DNA of 64,000 nucleotides, taken from a virus. Position numbers and translations under genes: made by a program. Each line of letters starts with the position of its first letter. The stretch's first letter is position 1. Below, piece after piece: positions 56,163 to 64,000 of this stretch. Below the pieces are notes generated by a model. The model was not told where the DNA came from. It was given only the letters and a program-made list of their open reading frames with translations, and did not search any database. The DNA lies in IMG/VR virus record IMGVR_UViG_3300015202_000004, positions 115,943-179,942 of that record, one strand, 5' to 3'.

Positions 56163-56501
56163 ATGGATATCAAGTTGTACGGAAACAATGTCAAGATAGG
56201 TATAGGGAAGTTCTTTAAGCCATTAGAAGAAAAATGGTTTGCACTTCCGTCGCCACTTCGGTTGGCTATGCTTAACTTTATGTCTTATTTTATAATCACA
56301 ATCAATTTCAGAGCAGTTGCCGAAGCAAATTACCTTTGGACATTTATTACCGATATCATACTCGCTTGCCTTGGCTTTACCGTATTGAAACATATTCAAG
56401 AAGCAAATAGTAAATTCGAAATGATTTGTTATGCCATCGGCGGAGCAATTGGAGCGCAAATAGCAATCTTTACTACTCTACATGCTTTATTAAAACATTA
56501 A
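56163..56501 (+). CDS. small membrane protein
   Basis: Three hydrophobic helices. Confidence 0.7.
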   Translation: MDIKLYGNNVKIGIGKFFKPLEEKWFALPSPLRLAMLNFMSYFIITINFRAVAEANYLWTFITDIILACLGFTVLKHIQEANSKFEMICYAIGGAIGAQIAIFTTLHALLKH

Positions 56502-57160
56502 AGATTTTTATCAAAAGTAACTGATTTAAAAACATTTTTATTAGCGTCAGTAATTGGCGCTATTTTTACATTGGCAACTACATCAGAATTTTTTGTCTCA
56601 GAATCAAATTTTTCTTCTGGCTCATTTTTTAGATGAGTAAGATAATTATAAGAAGACTCAGTATATTGTGGTGAAATCATTGGCATTTTTCTTGCCCTCG
56701 CATTTGCATATCTCATGCTTAACTCCTGCATGTAACTTATTTCTGGCTCAGGTTCTGGTTCATAAACTTCTTCCTGTTGCTTCTCTTGTTTTTCGTTTGG
56801 TATAAAATCAACAGGATATATATGCCCAATTTGATATGGAGTAGGTTCATATGTTTGATATGGTTCGATAGGGTCAACATTTATAAATCGGCGTCCAATA
56901 CTTTGATACAATAAACTAGTTTGAATTGGATTAGCCATAGATTCAGCTAATGCTTGACGCTCCGATTCTGTCGAAAGAGTCTGTTCAAGATTTATCAATC
57001 TTTGTTCTTGAGTTAAATCATTTCTTGGCCCAGGCATTCTCAAAATAGAATCAGCCAATAAATGTCTAGCAGTTTCTGTATTTCTATATTCTGCTAAAAT
57101 TCGTTCGCGTTCTTCTAAAGTCATAAGAAGGGCAGGTATTTTCCCAGGTTCTTCAGGCAT
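56498..57160 (-). CDS. hypothetical protein with capsid-N-terminus-like segment
   Basis: RQALAESMANPIQTSLLYQSIGRR..NVDPI motif. Confidence 0.55.
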   Translation of the reverse strand: MPEEPGKIPALLMTLEERERILAEYRNTETARHLLADSILRMPGPRNDLTQEQRLINLEQTLSTESERQALAESMANPIQTSLLYQSIGRRFINVDPIEPYQTYEPTPYQIGHIYPVDFIPNEKQEKQQEEVYEPEPEPEISYMQELSMRYANARARKMPMISPQYTESSYNYLTHLKNEPEEKFDSETKNSDVVANVKIAPITDANKNVFKSVTFDKNL

Positions 57161-57338
57161 GATATATCTAATCCCTATGTTATCAAAATAAACTTTAAAA
57201 GACATGATAAGATTATAGCTTATGGACGCAATATTATACCACGTATATCTTTGATGCACAAGCTACCTTCTAAAAGAGATTTCAAAAAAATTTTTAATAG
57301 GTATTGACTTTCTATATTCGATGTGATATAACTAGGGT

Positions 57339-58223
57339 ATGAAAGTTATCGACCAAATCAAGCCCAAGGACTTTGATACGATTAGCCAACAGATTCACAA
57401 GCTGTCGGCATTGACCAACGACAATGCTACCAGTTCGGTTGAAGCCGCGAACTATGCCGCCATCATTCAGAAGCTGCTTTGGAAGCATAATTTAACGCTA
57501 GACCAACTCGCGCCCCGTGCCGATGGTCGCAAGAAATCCGCCGATTATAAGAAGGAAGATTTTACACTCGGCGTTGTCGCAAACGACCTGAAGCAATGGA
57601 AGATTAATTTGTTCGGTGCAATTGCCGAGAATAACTTCTGCAAAGTCTACAACTACACAAACAGTGAGTACGTCGTGGTCATTGGTGAAGATGACAATAT
57701 TGTCGCAGTGAAGCAAATGTATGCATATCTCGAATACGAAATTCGTTCACTGGGACGAAATGCATATAAGGTGAATCCGAATCGCGCTTACCACTCACAA
57801 ATGGAGGCTCGTGTTTGGAAAGGTTCCTTCCGTGACGGCGCAGTAGGCACCGTTCGTCAACGCCTTGCTGCACAACGTACCGAGGACATTGAAGAAACGA
57901 ACGTTGAACATAAGAAAAAGATTGCCCTTGAAACCGGAGTCAACGAAGAAGTCGCAATGGGCAACGCAGGTTCAGCCTTGGTAATTCAAAAAGACAAAGA
58001 CATGATGGAAGCAGTTTACGAATTCTACCCTTCCCTGCGACCAACACCGCCGAGCGAAGATGAAGACGGCGGAACGGCCCAAGTCAAGTATAGCAAGCGT
58101 CGGGGTCGGCCTCGTGGTTCGGGCCAGTACAATAGGGCGGCGTACTGGCAGGGCGTCGAAGCAGGAAAATCGGTTAGACTTCAGAAGGAAGTTTCTGGTA
58201 GCCGAACGGCACTCAACAAGTAA
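57339..58223 (+). CDS. DUF2786-like protein
   Basis: IHKL.AL...EA......QKLL.KHNL; SFRDG; AY.QG...G. Confidence 0.8.
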   Translation: MKVIDQIKPKDFDTISQQIHKLSALTNDNATSSVEAANYAAIIQKLLWKHNLTLDQLAPRADGRKKSADYKKEDFTLGVVANDLKQWKINLFGAIAENNFCKVYNYTNSEYVVVIGEDDNIVAVKQMYAYLEYEIRSLGRNAYKVNPNRAYHSQMEARVWKGSFRDGAVGTVRQRLAAQRTEDIEETNVEHKKKIALETGVNEEVAMGNAGSALVIQKDKDMMEAVYEFYPSLRPTPPSEDEDGGTAQVKYSKRRGRPRGSGQYNRAAYWQGVEAGKSVRLQKEVSGSRTALNK

Positions 58224-58307
58224 CTAAAAAGACCAGTCGGAAGACTGGTCATTTTTTTGGTATTGACATTCGTATAATTTTCTGCTACTATAAACGAGAG
58301 GAATTAT

Positions 58308-58925
58308 ATGAAGCAAGACTATAACAAAATTAAAACGGCAATTCGATACTGGATGCACGGACGCGATTATCATCTTGCACTAAAGGCTATGGAGTTTGGA
58401 TTAAAGCATCATACAGGTTTTCGCAAAGATGGAATCACGCCGGAATTCCAACATCAAGTTTCGCAAGCTAATTTTGCTCGCACCCTTAACCTCATGTATC
58501 CAAATGAAACACTTGCAACGATTTTTCTGCATGATGTAGTAGAAGATTACGCCGTAAGCATCCATGAGATTGAACAAAAATTTGGTATCCAGGTTTCGAA
58601 AGCCGTTGAGCTAATGACGAATGCCTACCCGGATGGTACGCCAAAGCCAATTGAGATTTATTATGCAAATATGAGCAATGATGCAATCGCAAGCATTGCC
58701 AAGGGATGCGACCGTATGCATAATCACCAAAGTATGCCAGGCGTTTATGCGATTGAAAAAATGCTTCGAAAAATCAACGAAACGAACGAATATATTCTGC
58801 CTATGCTGAAAACTGCAAGGAAGACTTTCACCGAACAAGAACCAGCTTACATGAATATTCGCCATATCTTGCAAATACAATCTGAAATGGTAGAAGCTAT
58901 TTCGGATGTGCTAAAACGGTCATAA
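58308..58925 (+). CDS. RelA/SpoT-type HD hydrolase
   Basis: H.G.RKDG.TP...H, LHDVVED, K.CDR.HN. Confidence 0.85.
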   Translation: MKQDYNKIKTAIRYWMHGRDYHLALKAMEFGLKHHTGFRKDGITPEFQHQVSQANFARTLNLMYPNETLATIFLHDVVEDYAVSIHEIEQKFGIQVSKAVELMTNAYPDGTPKPIEIYYANMSNDAIASIAKGCDRMHNHQSMPGVYAIEKMLRKINETNEYILPMLKTARKTFTEQEPAYMNIRHILQIQSEMVEAISDVLKRS

Positions 58926-58969
58926 AAAACATTTGACCTATTGACAAATCATTAATTAAATGGTATAAT

Positions 58970-59680
58970 ATGCACATGAAGCTTTACCATGGCACCAGCA
59001 TGCAAGCCTTACCAAAGATTTTAAAGAATGGAATCCGTCCTCGTAGCGAAGAAATCGTTGGTAATTGGGAAGAGTTTCCATCAAAAACTGGTTACGTTTA
59101 TCTAACTGTCGCCTACGCTTTATATTTCGCAATCACGGCAACCAAGGAAGATAAGAATGATGAAAGAAAATTTGTCATTGTAGAAATTGAAAGCGACCAC
59201 CTGCGGCAGAATCGCTTGTGCCCCGACGAAGATTTTATCGGACAAGTGCGTTCGCACCAAGAAGAAATCAGTTTGAAGAAAGCGACCGAAGAATGCAATC
59301 CGCTTGACTATCGGACTCATTGGAAGCTTAGTTTAGAAAAAATGGGCAATTGTTGTTACTACGGTAAGGTGCCAGTCACGGCAATCACCCGATACGCAAT
59401 AATAGACACAAAAATTAACTGGAAACTGACCTTCCTTGGATTAGACCCAACCATCAGCATTATGAATTTTCGATTAATGTCAAAAAAGTACACTTCCCTA
59501 ATCAGCCATATTTTTGACGGCACAGAAATTTACGATGAACAAGCCTTGTTTCAGCCATGGAAAGACATTGATGATGTGCCAGGTTTAGAATTTGCAAATA
59601 AAATGTTCGCAGATGCAAAAGCTTTTCAAAAAGAAATGCAAGACCTTCGTGGTTCAAGTATTCAAGTATTTAAGTATTGA
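58970..59680 (+). CDS. ADP-ribosyltransferase-fold protein
   Basis: LYHGTS..L..I...GI.P, VYLT, PDED. Confidence 0.6.
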   Translation: MHMKLYHGTSMQALPKILKNGIRPRSEEIVGNWEEFPSKTGYVYLTVAYALYFAITATKEDKNDERKFVIVEIESDHLRQNRLCPDEDFIGQVRSHQEEISLKKATEECNPLDYRTHWKLSLEKMGNCCYYGKVPVTAITRYAIIDTKINWKLTFLGLDPTISIMNFRLMSKKYTSLISHIFDGTEIYDEQALFQPWKDIDDVPGLEFANKMFADAKAFQKEMQDLRGSSIQVFKY

Positions 59681-60683
59681 AGTGGTTGACGTAATTAATT
59701 AACTGTGGTATAATAAATAGGGAGTTATTAACGCAAAGAAAGGAAATTAATAATGTACGATATAGTGTATTTCTTTAAAACCATTGGAAAATACTGGTTT
59801 TATTACCCTATCATGGATAAAATTTCAGGAGTTAGGGAGCGTACTTACATGGAGCGAAATCCCGAAGGTCGGATTACACCTGACACATGGGGAAACCCCA
59901 AGTATACCTTTACCCAGCAAGTTGTGCAAAAAGCTAAAATTTTAGGTATTGACTTAAGCAACAAAATATGGTAACATGAAAACATGTTACCGAAAGGTTT
60001 TGAATATCGCCGAAAGAACAACAACATTTTCACTAGAAATAGTGCTAATGCTTGGTGGCTTTACTTCGATAATCAAAACACCTGGCTCTGTATCGTTTAC
60101 ACTGGCAGAGATTATCGCTACGAAATTGACCGACAAATCTGTTGCTATAGCAAATTAGAGCTAGCACAAGAAGAATTGATTCAAGACTACCTAGAATTTT
60201 GCCAAGATGATTGAAAGGAGTACAAATGCAAGAAGCCGGGAATACTGATGACGCCAATCAAGCCATGTTTGATTCACCTATTAAACATACTGAGCAAGAG
60301 CAAAATGAGGTTTAAAAACCTCTTTTTTGTTATATAAGTCAGCAAATAAGAATATCATACTTATATATTCTTTTAAGGGTCATCAAATGATTAAAAATCC
60401 ATTACAAATCGTCCCCAAGATAACAAAGTTGCCTACTCAGCATTCTTTTCCACTGATTTGGGAAATTAGAATTCATTTGGCAACTATCATATTGTTAAGT
60501 ATCTTGTCTATCGTTTGTGTTTACAGCGGTTTATCTAGTGGCATTCCAATTGCCATTTTAGGTTCTGTCCCGGCTATGCTTTATGCATATCACGCCTGGT
60601 TTAAGATGGAAGAAATACTTAAGAAACTCCCTTAACAGACTAGATGGCTTAGTACTATAATTATTTAGTTAAAGGAAGTAATT

Positions 60684-61742
60684 ATGGCTGACTGGAAAGT
60701 TATCGCGGATAAGATTGTTTCATTTCCCCACCCTGGTGCAGATAAGTTGATGCTCGGGAAGGTTGGCTCATTCCAAGTAGTTGTTGGCAAATCAAACGAA
60801 TATCAAAATGATGACATTGTAATTTTTGCTCCCGAAAAATCAATTTTACCTGATGAAATCAAGGGTAACTATTGCAACACCGATACGGGTTTGTCGTATC
60901 TAAGTGGACCCGACCATAACCGTGTAAAACGTGTCCGTCTTCGGGGCGAATATTCCGAAGGCGTAACTCTTTCTCGCGAATGGGTTGTATCTAAATTAGG
61001 ATTAAATTCAATCAATGACATTCCATTGAACGAAGACCTATCCGAAAAATTAGATATCAAAAAATTCGAGCCACCTATCCCATTTAACATGGCTGGACAA
61101 CTTGAACGTATCGAAGGTATCTCTTTCCAGCGTCAGCATGACGTTGAGCAGTTCCGTTTGTATAATTCGGAGTTGGTCGAAGGCGAAGATGTAATCGTGA
61201 CAGAAAAAGTTCACGGTTCACAATTTGTTACTATTCGTAACGTCGAAGGCAAATGGTACGTTACCTCAAAAGGCATTGGCAAAGACGGTTTAGCCATTGT
61301 AGAATCTGAAGGGAACCTATACTGGCAGGCTCTTAAAAACTCTAGTCTTATGGACCTGGACATTTTTACCAAAGATACGGTCAACGAATATCAAATTTTT
61401 GGTGAAGTAATCCCTTGTCAAAAGGGATATTCTTACGGTCAAACCAAAGCGACCGTTAAAGTTTTTCGGTTTTTAGTAAATGGTCAAGACTATACTTTTG
61501 GTGAAGCGTCAATTTTTCTTGGTAAAGAAAACATGGTCCCGGTGCTTTACGAAGGACCTTACTCTGTTGACAAGATGGTTGAATTATCTAAAGGAATGGA
61601 AACCCTTTCTGGCAAGCAAGCCCATATTCGCGAAGGCGTTGTAGTTGCACCAGCAGTTCCACGTCAAAGCAAAGAGGGTTTTATGTTACTTTTGAAGGTA
61701 ATAAACCCACGTTATAAGGACTCGGAAGAATCATTTTCGTAG
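60684..61742 (+). CDS. ATP-dependent RNA ligase, DRB0094-like
   Basis: HP.ADKL, LRGEYSEG, TEKVHGS, FGEV, REGVVV, LKVINPRY. Confidence 0.92.
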   Translation: MADWKVIADKIVSFPHPGADKLMLGKVGSFQVVVGKSNEYQNDDIVIFAPEKSILPDEIKGNYCNTDTGLSYLSGPDHNRVKRVRLRGEYSEGVTLSREWVVSKLGLNSINDIPLNEDLSEKLDIKKFEPPIPFNMAGQLERIEGISFQRQHDVEQFRLYNSELVEGEDVIVTEKVHGSQFVTIRNVEGKWYVTSKGIGKDGLAIVESEGNLYWQALKNSSLMDLDIFTKDTVNEYQIFGEVIPCQKGYSYGQTKATVKVFRFLVNGQDYTFGEASIFLGKENMVPVLYEGPYSVDKMVELSKGMETLSGKQAHIREGVVVAPAVPRQSKEGFMLLLKVINPRYKDSEESFS

Positions 61743-61823
61743 TTAAAAAACCACCTTGCATTTAGTTGCGGGTGGTTTTTAATTACCTTGACTTTTGACC
61801 CAATGATATGGTAATATAATTAA

Positions 61824-62147
61824 ATGAACGAGCGTAAGAAAAATCTAATCGACAAGCTAGAAATATGCCTCCTTTCAGTCGAAAATACTATTTTTAATAA
61901 TAAACTTTCGATGCACAAGAAGATGGATGAAGATATTTTAAAGATTTGTAAAGCAACTTTACAAATTAACGAAAACATTTATACGCAAGTAAACTCTTTC
62001 ATTGCGAATTTAAGTGACGACATTAATTCCGACTACGATTTACTAGAACGCAATGTTGATAACATGGTTGAATCAGCCATTTCACAAGAAGGTGTTTCGC
62101 GCCGTTTCGTTCAAAAACTCTACCTCGAAGAAGGAAAAAATGGCTAA
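61824..62147 (+). CDS. hypothetical protein
   Basis: 107-aa ORF downstream of a promoter. Confidence 0.6.
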   Translation: MNERKKNLIDKLEICLLSVENTIFNNKLSMHKKMDEDILKICKATLQINENIYTQVNSFIANLSDDINSDYDLLERNVDNMVESAISQEGVSRRFVQKLYLEEGKNG

Positions 62148-62936
62148 AACTGTTGCACCGTGCGTTGGTCCAAGCAAGTGTTCATGTAAAGATACTGTAA
62201 ACTGTAAATTCGAAGAAGGCAAAAATACCATGTTATGCCCTGGCGATGTTAAGCACGGAGTAATGCTTCGTATGGTAACAGCAACGATTGACGGCTTAAC
62301 AGTGGAAACGTACTCTTGCATGCAAAAAAAATGCGATAGAGAGACGATTGTCTACTCGGGCGGGAAAGACTTGAACTTCAAAATCAGAAACCATTATGGC
62401 GTGAAATGATAGCATATTTAATTTTGCTTGTGAAGTCTGCGAGAGCTTCCATTGCTATTAACAAAGGGGAATGGGCAAAGGCCAGCCGAATTCTCGGATA
62501 CGAAATTGGGCCAAGCATTCTACCAACAGGACAGGAATAATAATGCAGGATTTATGTACGGACCCAACCCATTCAACCACTAGAGCTTTTATGGAACAAC
62601 TAGGAATTTCAAGATTGTTAGTTTGTGCAGATTGCGGTAAAAAAGTAGACCGTAAAGACCCAAAGTGGGAATATACTTGCGACCAATGCAAGTGCAGTGC
62701 CAAGGCGCACGGCGAGACAATTTATACATTGTGTCAACAGTGTAAAACATGTGGGTTCTACGTAGGTAAGTTCAGCGAAGGCTAATGTTATATCTAAATT
62801 TGATGGATATACTATTCCATCAACGATTCTCGGATGTTCTGCTGGCGTCGGAACAAAGGAAGTCACAGGTATAGTTGGCAATCAGCGATTGAAGTTGCTT
62901 TACAAAGAGTTACCAAGTAAAATTTATAAAGAAAGT

Positions 62937-62968
62937 AAAAAAAGACTACCGTTAAGTAGTCTTTTTTC
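62937..62968. terminator. bidirectional intrinsic terminator
   Basis: AAAAAAAGACTAC-CGTTAA-GTAGTCTTTTTT. Confidence 0.8.
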
Positions 62969-63190
62969 ATGACCTGCCTATCTTATTTACAGCAATAAGC
63001 TCCCAGTCATACGTTGTACCCCGCAACAGCTTTCTCGGAAGGCTAATCCGATTGCCGTAACACTGTGCCGAAGAAGTTTAGGGGATACTCTGTAAAAGCC
63101 TATCCCTATTCCGCGCCCCTCTCCATGGATGACGGCCTTCTACCGCCCAACAGTTTCCCGCACTTCAACGAGGGTTGGCCTTGACGTTCC
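62969..63190 (-). ncRNA. candidate structured ncRNA (~220 nt)
   Basis: Promoter TTGACA-N17-TAGATT (63194-63222), terminator downstream, GC-richer, no credible ORF. Confidence 0.55.
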
Positions 63191-63243
63191 ATTAATCTAC
63201 CATAAGAATTGACTTGTGTCAAGCCTTGTGATATAATAAATTT

Positions 63244-63462
63244 ATGAAAGTTCTCGGCAAAATTTTTAGTAGTATCTGCACCCTATTCTTTTCATTTCTA
63301 ACAAATGCTGCCATTTCTGCCGCACAGTCTTCTTATAAGCATGGTCTTCATCAAGTGCGTACTGAGTTTTATCTAATCGCGGCAGGATTAAGCGCATTGT
63401 TCCTCTTTATGTCTATCGCAACTTTCTTTCTAAACAGTGTTGACAAACAAGTCAAAGTGTAG
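63244..63462 (+). CDS. small membrane protein
   Basis: Two hydrophobic segments; ATG directly after TTGACT-N17-TATAAT (leaderless). Confidence 0.6.
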   Translation: MKVLGKIFSSICTLFFSFLTNAAISAAQSSYKHGLHQVRTEFYLIAAGLSALFLFMSIATFFLNSVDKQVKV

Positions 63463-63473
63463 TACAATAAATG

Positions 63474-63790
63474 AGTTGGAAGTATCGAGCTTCCTTCATG
63501 GGTATGGCTGAATCCAAATAATGCTAAGGCTGGTTTGGTAAAGCGATATAATAATCTACAAGCAACTTAGCCCAACGGACAAGTGTCAGCGGGAAGTTAG
63601 TTGTTCCCTTCATTGTAAGAAGGGGAGGATAGCGTGACAACGAAGGTAACTTTGTGGGTAACGTGGGTAAACAAAACCTGTTATAGACCAAGTAGGAAAG
63701 ACGTTCTTGTTGACTCTTAGCCCGAAAGTAAAGGTAGACAATCCTTTTATCCGCTTAAAACTCCCAAGTAGAAATACAAGGGAGTTTTTT
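63474..63790 (+). ncRNA. candidate structured ncRNA (~315 nt)
   Basis: Promoter TTGACA-N17-TACAAT (63440-63468); ends AAAACTCCC...GGGAGTTTTTT; no plus-strand ORF of 60 aa or more. Confidence 0.6.
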
Positions 63791-63792
63791 GT

Positions 63793-63827
63793 TTTTCCAC
63801 AGCTTATTGTGGAAAACTTGTGCATAA
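63793..63827. promoter_or_regulatory. three DnaA-box-like 9-mers
   Basis: TTTTCCACA (+), TTTTCCACA (-), TTATGCACA (-), all matching TTWTNCACA. Confidence 0.45.
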
Positions 63828-64000
63828 AAACTTTTCCTCAAACCCATTGACTTTCTACTCGAAATACGCTATACTAATCGAGTCAGTAATGACAGGTTCG
63901 TCCGAAACGAGAACCTTGCCTTCCTGGGAATAAGTGTGAGACTTTCACAGTCAATAGACATGTACGTCCAGATGGAAAAAGTAGCAAACCCAACTCGCGA

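Noticed and set aside
1-64000. Genome-wide TAG reassignment (code 15) suggested by the CUA tRNA
   Set aside because: Conserved genes are full length under the standard code, and several end at TAG where the family normally ends

Overview
AT-rich segment of a large (jumbo-type) bacteriophage genome, probably infecting a diderm host. Small genes are densely packed and many have sigma70-like TTGACA-N17-TATAAT promoters. Orientation is mostly minus up to about 42.2 kb and mostly plus afterwards. The first 23.5 kb holds 23 tRNA genes plus two tRNA-like elements. Unusual ones are an amber (CUA) suppressor, long-variable-arm Trp(CCA) and Lys(UUU), an 8/4-fold Ser(CGA), Ser(AGA) and Ile(UAU). The window encodes a broad RNA/translation repair set: intein-split RtcB, a DRB0094-type RNA ligase, a CCA-adding enzyme, Ro60/TROVE with five tandem Y-like RNAs, a Pth2-like protein, IF-1, and phosphoesterases and HD proteins. 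It also carries Ku, an ATP-dependent DNA ligase, PhoH, NADAR and macro domains, and HNH endonucleases. The best novelty candidates are (1) a Pth2/HD/suppressor-tRNA module with amber codons placed near the start of two reading frames, (2) the modular five-member Y RNA array, and (3) several ORF-free structured RNAs, some with their own promoter and terminator. All calls come from manual reading of motifs; no database search was run.
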